Part shown: positions 8,459 through 19,363 of the stretch, one piece after another
How positions within the stretch are numbered: position 1 is the first letter of the stretch
Layout of the letters: each line of letters starts with the position of its first letter
Origin: an uncultured archaeon
GTDB taxonomy: Archaea; Thermoproteota; Nitrososphaeria; Nitrososphaerales; Gagatemarchaeaceae
Assembly: GCA_963799775.1 (NCBI GenBank)
Contig: CAWCYD010000003.1
Span: 1,984,001 to 2,048,000 of the forward strand
Length of the DNA: 64,000 nucleotides
Direction of reading: 5' to 3'
Notes under the pieces: generated by a model
The model's database searches: none
What the model was told of the DNA's origin: nothing
Seen by the model: only the letters and a program-made list of their open reading frames with translations
Position numbers and translations under genes: made by a program

Positions 8459-9465
8459 TTGAACGTCGACCCGAAGCTCGTGAAGTATCCCTTCCTCAGG
8501 TCCGCCAGGGACTTCCTCGTCTCGTATCCGCTGGACGAGGTGGTGGAGTCGGTCTACAAGCCGATCCTCGACCAGGCGCGCTACCGCCTCACCCTCGCGG
8601 TGAGGAACCCCAACTTCGACGTCCAGAACGTGCGCCTTCTGGGCTACCAGCCCTACGCCAGATGGAGCAAGGACACTAGGAACCCGGAGGACGTGATAGA
8701 GTTCTACAGCTACTTCGTCGCGGTCCTCGCCTCGAAGAACGAGCCTTACCTGACCCTTGCCCTTGCGAGGACAGAGGCTGCAAGGGCCAAGTCGTTCTTC
8801 ATCAAGGAGCCGCCGGAGCAGATGATAGCCCTCCTCAAGGAAGCTGCGGGTCTTGAGCTCAAGCTCCTCGAGCCTGAGCGCGGGGGAGGGGGCCAAGACG
8901 TGATAACGTGTCCCTTTGAGAAGTACGTCGAGGTGGTCACCGAATACGAGCTCACGAGGGAGGCGAGGTGGCAGCTGGTCAACACACGGCTCTCGGGAGG
9001 ACTGATCTACTTCACGGTCAACGACATCAAGGACCTCTTCGCCGCCCTCGTCCAGGGCCTGATGATCTCGGGCATGAGGTCGCTCAGGGCTTCGCCGGTC
9101 CCCGGCTTCGTCCGCTCCCTGGTGGACGAGTTCAGGTCGCTGATACCGAGGCCTCCCACACGCCAGCAGAACCAGTTCGACTACATCAAGCGCCTGCTCG
9201 AGCATCCCATCACGGACGGGAGGCACCGCGTGATCTGGCTGATACTCGCGCCCTACTTCACCACGATCAGGGGGATGGACGAGGCTTCAGCGACGGACGC
9301 GGTCCTCTCCTACATAGGGGCTCGCGATACAAGCAGTTCATCCGCTACAACGTCCGGAGGGCCATGCGTAGCGGGCTCTTCCCGCTCTCGGAGCAGTCGA
9401 TAATGAAGAACCACCCCGACGTGATGGCGGTGCTCCCAAAGGGCGTGCTAAAGGAAGCACAATAA
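8459..9465 (+). CDS. priL: DNA primase large subunit PriL with PriX-like C-terminal domain (frameshift near 9320)
   Basis: KYPFLRSAR N-terminus, W-x-LVN-x-x-L-x-x-G motif, then YIKRLLEHPITDGRHRVIWLILAPY; continues as SRYKQFIRYNVRRA...LFPLS in another frame. Confidence 0.8.
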
Positions 9466-9497
9466 GGAAAGAGAAGCCCTTGGAGAAAACGGTTCTT

Positions 9498-9605
9498 CTA
9501 GAACGGCGGAGACGGCCTGTTGATCAGGGCATAGGCCGAGGCCCTCGCCTTCAGCTCCTCCTCCGTGAGCGGCTTCTTCCGCTCCTCAGCAAGAATCTGA
9601 GCCAT
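9498..9605 (-). CDS. Possible 35-aa small protein
   Basis: MAQILAEERKKPLTEEELKARASAYALINRPSPPF; TTAAA about 30 nt upstream. Confidence 0.35.
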   Translation of the reverse strand: MAQILAEERKKPLTEEELKARASAYALINRPSPPF

Positions 9606-9750
9606 TGCAGCAATTAGAACGGGCTCCGGCCGCTTTAAGGATTTGCATAGAATACGTATGTCATCTACAATATATCGATATTCTTCGTAATACATGTACA
9701 AAGCGTATATTTCCAGTAATTTTATAATCTGCGGCGGGGAACGAGGGACC

Positions 9751-10746
9751 GTGCAAGTCCGAAGAGTCCAGGCCACGGCAGGGGGCACCTTCATGATCAC
9801 GGTGCCCAAGGAGTGGGTGGAGAAGCTCCAGCTCAAGAAAGGCGACCTCGTCTCGACCGAGCTGGACGAGGGGAGCCTCGTCATCACGCCGACCGCCCCG
9901 AAGTATGCGGGGCACTCCAGGACCATCGACATAGACCAGCTCAAGGACCAGAGGTTCCTCGACCTCGGGATCACCGCCTCGTACATCCAGGGCAACGACG
10001 TGACTAGGATCTTCTCCTCGAGCAACAAGATGCAGCCCCGGCACAAGCAGATGATCCGGCAGACACTCGAGGGGATAATGGGGGTCGAGGTCTCCGAGGA
10101 CTACGCCGATCACGTGGACCTCATCAACCTCATCGACCCGGCCAAGTTCTACCTCATCGAGACGGTCGAGAGGTTCTCGGCCACCTCCACCGCCGTCCTG
10201 AACGACGCCGTCACGGCCCTCGACAAGGGGGACGCCACCCTCGCCCAGGACTCCTTCTCCAGGGGAACGGAGAGCACCAAGCTCTACAGGCTGATAATGC
10301 GGCTCGCGTTCCAGGCAGCGAAGAGCAGGAAGCTCAGGGAGGAGATGCAGCTCGCCGACGTCTCCCAGGTGATAGTGATGACAATCGCCACGAGGGAGCT
10401 GGGGAGGATCGCATACTACTCGATGTGGGTCGCGCAGCACGTCGCCGCGCTCACGCAGGGGCCCGACCGAGACTACGTCTCGATAGTCCAGAGGATGTCG
10501 AAGACCACCTCCGACATGCAGGCGCTCGCGCTCAAGGCACTGCTCTCGAAGGACATCGTCTCAGCCAACGCGGTCTTCCAGAAGATGCCGCAGGTTAGGC
10601 AGCTCTACGAGAGCGGCTACAAGCTGCCCGTCGCCTACGAGGAGAAGAACGCCTACCGCCTCTCGCTCATACTCAGGGATATCCGGGGGATCGCAGGCTA
10701 CGCGGTGGCGCTCGCGGACGACGCCGTCCTCGGAATATTCGCGTAG
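9751..10746 (+). CDS. AbrB-PhoU family transcriptional regulator
   Basis: VRRVQATAGGTFMITVPKEW AbrB domain plus two PhoU-like helical repeats; TTTATA at 9721-9726, GTG start. Confidence 0.9.
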   Translation: MQVRRVQATAGGTFMITVPKEWVEKLQLKKGDLVSTELDEGSLVITPTAPKYAGHSRTIDIDQLKDQRFLDLGITASYIQGNDVTRIFSSSNKMQPRHKQMIRQTLEGIMGVEVSEDYADHVDLINLIDPAKFYLIETVERFSATSTAVLNDAVTALDKGDATLAQDSFSRGTESTKLYRLIMRLAFQAAKSRKLREEMQLADVSQVIVMTIATRELGRIAYYSMWVAQHVAALTQGPDRDYVSIVQRMSKTTSDMQALALKALLSKDIVSANAVFQKMPQVRQLYESGYKLPVAYEEKNAYRLSLILRDIRGIAGYAVALADDAVLGIFA

Positions 10747-10763
10747 ACCCGGGGTCGAGGGCC

Positions 10764-12161
10764 TTGCCAAGAAAGCGGTCGCGGCGGACTCCCAAGAAAG
10801 CACGCTTCCCCCTCGCGCGCCGGCTCGCTAGGATCAGCGGCCCGGAGAACGTCATCGAGGGAGGGCAGAGGTTCGAGGAGTTCACCGAGGACATGGCGGG
10901 ATACAAGGCGACCCCTGCTGTCGTCGTCAGGCCCGGCTCGGAGGCAGAGGTCGTCAAGATAGTCGCGCTCGCCTCTGCGGCGAAGCTCCCGATCGTCCCG
11001 AGGGGCGGGGGGAGCAGCCTCACAGGGGCCTCGGTCTCCAAGGGCGCCATCATCGTCGACATGAGGCGGATGGACGCGATCCTCAAGGTGGACACGGTGA
11101 ACTGGCACGTCCGGGCCCAGGCGGGCATCACGCTCGAGGACCTCAACAAGGCCCTGGCGAAGCACGGCTTCTTCTTCCCGCCCGACCCCGCGAGCAGCTC
11201 GATCTGCACGGTGGGAGGGGCAATCGCGGAGGGGTCTGGAGGCCTGCGGTGCGTGAAGTACGGGACGATGAAGGACTGGGTGCTCGCCCTCCGTGTCGTG
11301 CTAGCCAACGGCAAGACATCGAACTTTGGCGAGCCGCTCGCCAAGAACCGGGCCGGGTTCGACCTCGTCCACCTGATGGTGGGGAGCGAAGGGACCCTGG
11401 GCATAGTCACGGAGGCCCACCTGAAGATGATCCCTATCCCGACCACGAAGACGAGGCGCCTACTCCTCACATTCGCGGACTGGCGCTTGGCTGGGGACGC
11501 CATCTGCAGCCTGCGGGCGGCGAAGATAATGCCGCACATGTTCGAGTTCCTCGACAGGGACGTCATCCGGGCTTTGAACGAGAAGCTCCAGGCGCACCAG
11601 GACGAGGCCGAGGCGACCCTCATCGTGGACATCGAAGAGCCGGACCTCGAAGCGGCCATGAGGATCTTCAAGCCGCTCAAGGTCTCCATCGCCAGGGACG
11701 AGAAGGAGGCGGAGGAGTTCTACCAGATCCGCTCGATGGCCTACCTCGCCATCCGCGACATGGCGTCCGCCGTCCAGGTGGAGGACATCACGGTCCCCTT
11801 GGACAAGCTCACCGAGTACATGATGAAAGTCAAGGAGGTGGCCTCGAAGTATGGCCTGAGGATACCGGTCAACGGCCACGCAGGGGACGGGAACGTCCAC
11901 CCGGTCATCCTCTACGACAAGGATGACAGGAAGAGCCGCGAGGCCGCCCACGGGGCCTTCGAGGAGATATGCCGCTACGGGATTGAGCTGGGGGGCTCGG
12001 TGACCGGAGAGCACGGCGTAGGGGTGCAGAAGCCCAGGTTCCTCAGGGAGCAGCTGATCGCCCACGACGCGAGGGAGTCTCTCAGGCTCATGAAGGGCAT
12101 CAAGAAGCTCTTCGACCCCGAGGGGATAATGAACCCGGGCAAGTACGTGGAGGCCGCATGA
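10764..12161 (+). CDS. FAD-linked oxidase, GlcD/D-lactate dehydrogenase family
   Basis: VPRGGGSSLTGAS, FPPDPAS, GHAGDGNVHP, GEHGVG, FDPEGIMNPGK. Confidence 0.92.
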   Translation: MPRKRSRRTPKKARFPLARRLARISGPENVIEGGQRFEEFTEDMAGYKATPAVVVRPGSEAEVVKIVALASAAKLPIVPRGGGSSLTGASVSKGAIIVDMRRMDAILKVDTVNWHVRAQAGITLEDLNKALAKHGFFFPPDPASSSICTVGGAIAEGSGGLRCVKYGTMKDWVLALRVVLANGKTSNFGEPLAKNRAGFDLVHLMVGSEGTLGIVTEAHLKMIPIPTTKTRRLLLTFADWRLAGDAICSLRAAKIMPHMFEFLDRDVIRALNEKLQAHQDEAEATLIVDIEEPDLEAAMRIFKPLKVSIARDEKEAEEFYQIRSMAYLAIRDMASAVQVEDITVPLDKLTEYMMKVKEVASKYGLRIPVNGHAGDGNVHPVILYDKDDRKSREAAHGAFEEICRYGIELGGSVTGEHGVGVQKPRFLREQLIAHDARESLRLMKGIKKLFDPEGIMNPGKYVEAA

Positions 12162-13174
12162 AGCTCCACGCGGGCTTCGACGGCGGGGGCACGAGGACCA
12201 CCTGCGTCCTCTGCGACTCGCGGGGAGTGGTGCTCGGCGTCGGCACGGGCGGTCCCGCTAACTACCACAACAGGGGAGTGGAAGACGCTCTCGCTTCTCT
12301 CAAGGGGTCCTTCGACCAGGCCCTTGCCCGTTCGGGCCTTGCCGACGAGCGGCTGGCCTTGGAGGCGTGCTTCGGGCTCGCCGGCCTCGACTCCCCCAAG
12401 GACTTTCAGATAATGCGCGGCGCGATACGCTCCATGACGCTCGCTAAAGGTGCGGGCCGAGGAACGAGATATATGGTCGAGAACGACTGGCGCACCGCCA
12501 TCGCTGGGGCCTTCATCGCCTCTCCAGGCGTGGTCCTCATCGCCGGCACGGGGTGCGTCGCGGCAGCCCAGCGCGGGGGCGAGGTGGTGAGGGTCGGCGG
12601 ATGGGGCCTGGTCGTCGACGACAGGGGGAGCGGCTACGACATCGGAAGGGACGCGCTCTACGCCGCGATGAGGGACTACGACGGGAGGGGCCCGAAGACG
12701 GCCCTCCTCGGGATGACGATGAGGAAGCTCAAGGTGAAGGAGCCGCAAGGGATCATCGAGCGGGTCTACGCAGAGAGAATGCCCGCCTCTGAGATCGCCT
12801 CCCTCGCCGTCCTCGTCAGCCAGGCAGCGGCCTCCGGCGACAACGTCGCCATCGAGATCTTGAGGGCGAAGGGCAGGATTCTCGGGGAGCTGGTCGTCTC
12901 GGCCGCCTCAAAGCTCGACATGCTCTCGACGCGCTTCGGCGTCTTCCTCAACGGAGGCGTCTTCAAGGCAGGCCCGCCCCTCTTGGAGCCTCTGGAGGAG
13001 ACGATTCGCGCGTCTGCCCCTCACGCCGTGTTCGTCGAACCCAAACTTCCTCCGGCATGCGGCGCCCTCATCCTCTCTTTGGGGAAGGCCGGCACCAAGG
13101 TCGACTCCCGCTTGGTCGCCAGGATGCGCGCCTCGCTCAACAAGGCGGGCGCGAAGATCGGGCCTTCAGGCTGA
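12158..13174 (+). CDS. BadF/BadG/BcrA/BcrD-type sugar kinase (N-acetylglucosamine kinase-like)
   Basis: GFDGGGTRT, GPAN, GLAGLD, VLIAGTG, RVGGWG..DDRGSGYDIG. Confidence 0.9.
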   Translation: MKLHAGFDGGGTRTTCVLCDSRGVVLGVGTGGPANYHNRGVEDALASLKGSFDQALARSGLADERLALEACFGLAGLDSPKDFQIMRGAIRSMTLAKGAGRGTRYMVENDWRTAIAGAFIASPGVVLIAGTGCVAAAQRGGEVVRVGGWGLVVDDRGSGYDIGRDALYAAMRDYDGRGPKTALLGMTMRKLKVKEPQGIIERVYAERMPASEIASLAVLVSQAAASGDNVAIEILRAKGRILGELVVSAASKLDMLSTRFGVFLNGGVFKAGPPLLEPLEETIRASAPHAVFVEPKLPPACGALILSLGKAGTKVDSRLVARMRASLNKAGAKIGPSG

Positions 13175-14893
13175 CTTGCGGACGTTTCTCTCCAGCACAC
13201 GCTGGACGACGACCATCGCCGAGATTGCGCAAATGAGGATCAGGAAGAGGACGACGCAGCCCGCCGCGAAGGACTGCTCCGACCCCGGGTTCCCGCTCGA
13301 GTAGAAGCTCCACAGGAGCGTCGAGAAGAGCTGGTTGCTCGACGACTGGAGGAGGAGCACGGCGCCGAGGGCGTTGAAGCTCCCGATGAAGACGTAGAGC
13401 CACGCGCCTGCGATGCTGGGCCTCGCGAGTGGGAGGAAGATCCGCCTTATCGTCGTTGTGGCGCTCGCGCCCGAGGCCCGCGCGGCCTCCTGAAGCTCCA
13501 TCTGGACCTGGACCACGCCGCCGCTTATCGACCTGATCCCCTGCGGCAGGAGGCTCACCGTGAGCGCGATGACCATCACCCCAAGCGTCCCGTAGAGGCC
13601 CGTCGGGATGGTGAGGAACGCCCAGAGCAAGCCGAAGCTCAGCACTAGCGCCGGGATGGAGATGGGGAACATCCCCAGGCCTTCCAGAAGGCCGCGCCCC
13701 CTGATCTTGGTTCTCCTCGCCGCGAAGACGATCGCCAGGGCGACCATCGAGATCACGCTGGCCGAGACCACCGACGCGATGATGCTGTTGCTCAGCGCGG
13801 GGAACGCGCCCGAGCTACCCGAGAGGAGGAACTTGAAGTTGGCCAGTCCGATGTTCCCGAAGAGGTTGTAGGGGTTCCAGCCTGGGACGAGCGAGAGCAG
13901 CGTGATCGTGAAGAGGGGGAGCGCCACCGCGAGCAGGAGGTATGCCACCAGGATCACCAGCGCCAGATACTTCCATCTCCCGAGGGAGAGGGCCCGCCCG
14001 CTCGAGTATCCCCTGCCCGTGACGACCTCGAACTGCCTGGAGTGCCCGAGCGACCTGTTGTAGAGGTAGACCATCGCCATGACTATCAGGAAGAGGAGCA
14101 CAGACTCTGTGCTCGCCTTCGCGTAGTTCGGGAGCCCTCCGTAGAGGTTGTCATAGACCGAGGACATCATCACGGTTATCCCCGCGGGGAGGCCTATCAT
14201 CGTAGGGGTCTCGAAGGAGCCGGCGGAGAGGGTGAAGCAAAGCAGGAAGGCCGAGAAGATGGCGGGGGTCATGAGGGGTATCGAGACCCTGACGAGCGTG
14301 TTGAGCACCCCCGCCCCGGATGACCTGCTCGCCTCCTCCAGGGACGTGTCCATGTTCCGCATCGAAGCGGCGATCGTGAGATACGCGAACGGGGTCAGGG
14401 CCATCGCGCTGGCGAATATCATCCCCGGCCAGCTGAAGATGTTGAAGGTCGATGCGGAGAGACCTATGTCGTGGGCCACTAGGTTGAGGAGGCCTGCCCT
14501 CCTCGCGAAGACGTAGATCCATGCCTGGTTCGCGATCAGGACGGGGAAGGCCAGCGAGAAGTATGGGAAGTAGAAGAGGACCCGTCGGAAGGGGGTGTCG
14601 GCCCTCACCGTGATTAGCCCGAGGAGCGTCCCCAGGGCCACCGCTATCGTCGCTGCGCTGCCCGCGGCGATGAACGTGTTTAGCACGGTCGAATATGTCT
14701 CGCCGTAGCTCAACAGGGCCTCGTAGTTCGCGAGGGTGTAGCGGCCTGAGAGCCCCGGCTCGCCGCTCCAGAAGCTGCTCTGGATCGTGAAGAAGACTGG
14801 ATAAAGGATGAAGACCGCGAGGACGGCGATTCCCGCAAGGAGAGCTATCGTGGAGAGGCTACGGATTGATGACTTTCCCGCGTTCGCCGTCAA
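13166..14893 (-). CDS. ABC importer permease, Fe3+/thiamine (FbpB-like) family
   Basis: Two EAA loops (LEEASRSSGA, LQEAARASGA); probable TTG start at 14893. Confidence 0.9.
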   Translation of the reverse strand: MTANAGKSSIRSLSTIALLAGIAVLAVFILYPVFFTIQSSFWSGEPGLSGRYTLANYEALLSYGETYSTVLNTFIAAGSAATIAVALGTLLGLITVRADTPFRRVLFYFPYFSLAFPVLIANQAWIYVFARRAGLLNLVAHDIGLSASTFNIFSWPGMIFASAMALTPFAYLTIAASMRNMDTSLEEASRSSGAGVLNTLVRVSIPLMTPAIFSAFLLCFTLSAGSFETPTMIGLPAGITVMMSSVYDNLYGGLPNYAKASTESVLLFLIVMAMVYLYNRSLGHSRQFEVVTGRGYSSGRALSLGRWKYLALVILVAYLLLAVALPLFTITLLSLVPGWNPYNLFGNIGLANFKFLLSGSSGAFPALSNSIIASVVSASVISMVALAIVFAARRTKIRGRGLLEGLGMFPISIPALVLSFGLLWAFLTIPTGLYGTLGVMVIALTVSLLPQGIRSISGGVVQVQMELQEAARASGASATTTIRRIFLPLARPSIAGAWLYVFIGSFNALGAVLLLQSSSNQLFSTLLWSFYSSGNPGSEQSFAAGCVVLFLILICAISAMVVVQRVLERNVRKSA

Positions 14894-14925
14894 CGTGGCC
14901 CCGCTCCCCTTGCGGTCCCCCGCGA

Positions 14926-16113
14926 CTAGGACTTCATGAACTGGAAGGTCTGCGCCCACGCTGTCGCGCTGGTCGCGAGCACAGGGGTCGGGAAGTAGAT
15001 CTGCGGGGCGTTGATCGCGCCTGGGTCGAAGGTGGCAATCTCAGACTTTAGCGACCACTTTGCGTTCACGTTCTGGTTCACGGGTGTCCTGACGTTAATG
15101 TTTCCCCAGGCGGCCTGCCCCGCGGGCGAGGCCATGAAGTCGACCAGGAGCTTCGCGGCGTTGGGATGGAGCGCGCCCTTGAGGATGGCCGCGCTCGAAG
15201 GAGTAAGCATGAGCGGGAGACCTGTGATGTTCAGGAACTTCAGCGGCTGACCGGCTTGGATGTCCGGGGCCGCCTCTTGCATGTATCCGCCGACGCAGAT
15301 GGCGAACAAGCCCTGGGCCACGTCGTTCATGCAGCTCGTCGTGGTCGGGACGATCGTCGGAGAGGTCGCGTTCTTCAGGTCGTGCAGGAACGTGTAGACC
15401 GTGTTGTTGCCCAACGCGTTGGCGAGAGACGCCCAGTATTGGGTGAAGGCCGTCCCGGTGGTCGGGTCGTCCATCACGACCTCTCCCTTGAACTGGGAAT
15501 TGGCGACTTGGGCCATCGTCGTGGGCACGCTCGACGCGCTGATCATCTTCGTGTTATAGGCCCAGCCGAAGGCCAGCTCGATGACCGGCGTGCTCTGCTG
15601 GAGGGGGTCAGAGACGTTCTTCGGGAAAGCAGATGCATAAGGCGAGACGTATGGGGCGACCACGTTGTCCAACGGCTCCAGCTGGTAGAGTGTCGTCGCG
15701 GCCTGGAGCAAGATATCCGCGCTGTGGCCCTTGCTCGACAACTCTGACTCCACCTGCGGCACTGCCTGCGGAGGCTGGAGCGAGGTGTATGACACCTGGA
15801 TGTTTGGGTAGACGGCGTTGAAGGCCGCTGTGACGTTCGCGAACTGCTGCGCGGTCGGGCTTCCATAGAGAGTGACGCTCCCTTCTGCGAGCGCGGCCTG
15901 ATAGACGGCCGAGTCGTTCACGGTCGCCGTTGACGACGTCGTGCTCTGAGAGGTCGTCAAGGAAGTTGTCGAAGATGTCGACACGGTGCTCGTGCTAGAC
16001 GAGGTCGTCTTCGAAGAGTTGGAATTCAACGCGACGGCGCCGACGACTATGATAATGATGACCACAACCGCGGCGATAATGACCATGCTCGAGATCCCGC
16101 GTCTTGTTCGCAT
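14926..16113 (-). CDS. ABC solute-binding protein, Fe3+/thiamine family, membrane-anchored
   Basis: RRGIS class III-like signal, Ser/Thr linker, AALAEGSVTLYG, HPNAAKLLVDFMASPAGQ. Confidence 0.9.
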   Translation of the reverse strand: MRTRRGISSMVIIAAVVVIIIIVVGAVALNSNSSKTTSSSTSTVSTSSTTSLTTSQSTTSSTATVNDSAVYQAALAEGSVTLYGSPTAQQFANVTAAFNAVYPNIQVSYTSLQPPQAVPQVESELSSKGHSADILLQAATTLYQLEPLDNVVAPYVSPYASAFPKNVSDPLQQSTPVIELAFGWAYNTKMISASSVPTTMAQVANSQFKGEVVMDDPTTGTAFTQYWASLANALGNNTVYTFLHDLKNATSPTIVPTTTSCMNDVAQGLFAICVGGYMQEAAPDIQAGQPLKFLNITGLPLMLTPSSAAILKGALHPNAAKLLVDFMASPAGQAAWGNINVRTPVNQNVNAKWSLKSEIATFDPGAINAPQIYFPTPVLATSATAWAQTFQFMKS

Positions 16114-16158
16114 CAGCGAAATCGAGGGCTCGCAGAGCCTATAAGGGTTGCATTAGGA

Positions 16159-17286
16159 TTATTCTAACTGAAGCTGCTTCCTGAACTCGACGGCCGTGCC
16201 AGATGGCAGGACAGAGCAGTACTCCTTCGGCAACGTGACGGAGACCTGCTCGCCGTCCACGAACGAGATGCTCTCCGAAGGCTTCACGACCTTGATCTTC
16301 AGCCGGCCCCCCATGGACACGAGCACCTCGGAGAACGCCCCAAGGTATGAGGTGAAGTCGACCTTGCCGCGGAAGACGTTCGTCCCCGCCTCTACTCCAT
16401 TCCCCGCAGCAACGACGATGTTCTCGGGCTTGATGCTCACCACGACCTGGTCGCCCACTCCCACTGGGGTGGCCGGTTCGAGCTCGCCTTTCACGTCGCC
16501 CATCTCGGTGGTGACGACCGCCTCGTGTCCGGAGAGCCCGGACACCTCCCCAGGTATCAGGTTCGCCCTGCCCACGAAGGACGCGACGAAGTCGTTGGAC
16601 GGCTTGGAGTAGACCTCCCTTGGCCTCCCGGAGGCCATCACCCTGCCCGCCCGCATGACGACCACCTTGTCCGAGATGGAGAGCGCCTCCCCCTGGTCGT
16701 GGGTCACGTAGATCGTAGTTATCCCGAGGGACTTTTGTATCCTCCTGACCTCGACTCGCACGATGTCCCTCAGGCTGGTGTCCAGGTTGCTGAGGGGCTC
16801 GTCGAGTAGGAGCACCTCAGGGTCGAAGACCAGGGCCCTCGCCAAGGCGATCCTCTGCTGCTGCCCTCCGCTCACCTGCGTGGCAGGCCTGTCGCCTAGG
16901 CCCGTGAGCCTCACCATGTCCATCACCTCGTTGACCTTCTTCTCGACCTCATGGTTCGACGTGTGCCTGATCTTGAGGGGGAACGCGATGTTGTCGAAGA
17001 CCGTCATGTGGGGCCAGATCGCATAGGACTGGAAGACTATCCCGACCCTCCTCTTCTCCGGCGGCAGGTTCGTGTCCTGAGAGTAGACCGTGTTGTCCCC
17101 TATCGCTATCACCCCCCTGTCGGGTGTCTCGAGGCCCGCTATGCATCGGAGCGTGGTGGTCTTCCCGCACCCGCTCGGCCCCAGCAACGTCGTCAGCGTC
17201 CCCTTCTCAAAGTCGACCGTGATGTCGTCGACGGCCACGATGTCCCCGTATCTCTTGGAGAGGTTGCTGACCCTGACCCCTTGCAT
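16159..17286 (-). CDS. ABC importer ATPase with TOBE domain
   Basis: GPSGCGKT, VSGGQQQRIALARAL, LLLDEPLSNLD. Confidence 0.95.
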   Translation of the reverse strand: MQGVRVSNLSKRYGDIVAVDDITVDFEKGTLTTLLGPSGCGKTTTLRCIAGLETPDRGVIAIGDNTVYSQDTNLPPEKRRVGIVFQSYAIWPHMTVFDNIAFPLKIRHTSNHEVEKKVNEVMDMVRLTGLGDRPATQVSGGQQQRIALARALVFDPEVLLLDEPLSNLDTSLRDIVRVEVRRIQKSLGITTIYVTHDQGEALSISDKVVVMRAGRVMASGRPREVYSKPSNDFVASFVGRANLIPGEVSGLSGHEAVVTTEMGDVKGELEPATPVGVGDQVVVSIKPENIVVAAGNGVEAGTNVFRGKVDFTSYLGAFSEVLVSMGGRLKIKVVKPSESISFVDGEQVSVTLPKEYCSVLPSGTAVEFRKQLQLE

Positions 17287-17345
17287 CCTTCTTCGATTCG
17301 GCGGCTTTTCTGTTTAAAGCATTGCCTAGGGCGACGACCGCGTCC

Positions 17346-17861
17346 TCACCTTAGGAAGAGCGCCATCTCGACCTCGTCCTGAGGCTCTCCATCGATGTAG
17401 TATTGCCTCTTCTTGACCCCTTCCACCTGGAACCCGAACTTCTCGTATAGCCTGTAGGCCTTCTGGTTGCCCGAGAATACCGCCAGCTGGATCTTCTCTA
17501 TGCCCTTCTGCGCCCTCGCCCACTCTAGGCTCCTCGCGATCAATTCCGTCCCGATCCCCATGCCCCGATGTCCTTTGATCACGAGCATGCCGAGGACGCG
17601 GACGTGGCTGGACTTCTTCACGTCTCCGTAGCGCGAGAGCGTCAGGCTCCCCACCAGATCGATGTCCTTCCCCTTCCTTACCTCGGCGACCAAGACGAGG
17701 CAATCCTTCCTCTTGAAGAGCCTCCCCATCGACTTCTTCCTCTCCGTGGTCACCTCTTCGGTGAAGAGGTATCTGCCCTCGTCCGCGACGGACTGGACGT
17801 TCTTCGCGAACTGGTCGAGGTCGGGGGCCTTCGCCTTCCTGACTCTCACTGCGCTGCTCAC
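17346..17861 (-). CDS. GNAT acetyltransferase
   Basis: HRGMGIGTEL, NQKAYRLYEKFGF. Confidence 0.9.
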   Translation of the reverse strand: MSSAVRVRKAKAPDLDQFAKNVQSVADEGRYLFTEEVTTERKKSMGRLFKRKDCLVLVAEVRKGKDIDLVGSLTLSRYGDVKKSSHVRVLGMLVIKGHRGMGIGTELIARSLEWARAQKGIEKIQLAVFSGNQKAYRLYEKFGFQVEGVKKRQYYIDGEPQDEVEMALFLR

Positions 17862-18029
17862 TGGCAGACTCCCTGCCTCTCAATCGACGCGTCGCGATAA
17901 TAACCTGCTCGCTGCTCGCCGCCCATAGGCAACTGCACCAATCCCAATAAATACTCAAAGTGGTTCGGACGCCTCCTGCCCTCTCACATGGGCTCCGAAC
18001 TCGTCACACGAAGGTGCCCCAGCTAACCA

Positions 18030-19335
18030 ATGTCATCGATGGGAATGGCGATGAAGAGCCTGCGTCGCCGCAGGTTGCGGACCGCTTTCACAGTCTCCGG
18101 GATCGTCGTCGGAGTTGCTCTGATACTCGTCCTTCTTTCCCTCACCGGTGGGACACTCCACGCGAGCGAGCGGCCTCATCAACACCCTGTCCCCCGCCCA
18201 GATCACGGTCGTCAACGCGACGGGCAGGACCACGGGATTCGGCGGAGGGGGCTCGTTCACCTTCAGGGGTGGAGGCGGCGGCTTCGGCGGCCGAGGCTTC
18301 GGAGGTGCCCCGCCAGGCGGCGGGAACGTGACGTTCGGGTCGCTCTTCGGGACCTCCAGCACTCTCGATCAATCGGTCTCTGACGCGGTCGGCAACCTGA
18401 CGGGCGTCTTGGTGGCTTCACCCACACTTTCGACCACCGGATACGTCAACGGGACCGCCGCGTTACTAAGCGGCATCAATCCCGCCACGTACACAGAGGC
18501 GACGGGAGGGCTCAACATAGTAAACGGGACGACCCTCTCGAACTCTACCTCGAGCGACCAGATAGTCATCGGTCAGAGCTTTGCTGCGAGCTCAGGGCTC
18601 TCGGTCGGGTCTGTCGTGACGGTGGGAGCCAACAGCACCGGCGGTTCGCTGTACTCAGTCGTCGGGATTTACTCTACAGGCAACTCCTTCACGGAGAGGT
18701 TCGCATACATCCCACTGGCGAGCGCCCAGACGATCGCCAACGAGGCCGGAAAAATCTCGGAGGTCTACGTGAAGACGGACAATCCGAACGACGTGTCCCA
18801 GGTCACGTCCGAGATAAACACGTCCTTCCCCGGCGTCTCGGCGATTTCGCCGTCGAGTTTCACGGGGGCCGCGGCGTCGCTCTCGGGCACCCTCACGTCT
18901 TTCTTCACGATAATAGGGCTGGCGGCTCTCCTCGCAGGGGGCTTCGGGGTCGTAAACACAATGATGATGTCGATTAGCGAAAGGACCCGGGAGATTGGCG
19001 CGCTGAAGGCGATAGGGGCCAAGAAGGGGCAGATAATGAGAATCTTCATGAGCGAAGCCCTCCTCATCGGGATAATCGGGGGATTCGTCGGCGTCGCGAT
19101 AGGGGTCGCCGTCTCACTGGTGCTGCCATTCGTCACCGGGGCAGCGACATCGACAAGGTTCGGAGGAGGCGCAGGCCTCGGCGGCCTCTTCAGGGGCGCT
19201 CTCTCGCCCGTCGTCACGCCCGATATCGTCTTGCTCAGCCTCGGCCTCGGAATCGTGGTAGGCGTCCTTTCAGGAGTCTACCCCGCGTGGCGCGCTTCGA
19301 GGATGGACCCAGTGGAGGCGCTCCGCCATCTCTAG
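18030..19335 (+). CDS. MacB/FtsX-type ABC permease (frameshift near 18153)
   Basis: KSLRRRRLRTAFTVSGI N-terminus; MSISERTREIGALKAIGA; YPAWRASRMDPVEALR. Confidence 0.9.
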
Positions 19336-19363
19336 CAAGAAAGGCGGCGCCGCCAAGGCAGAC

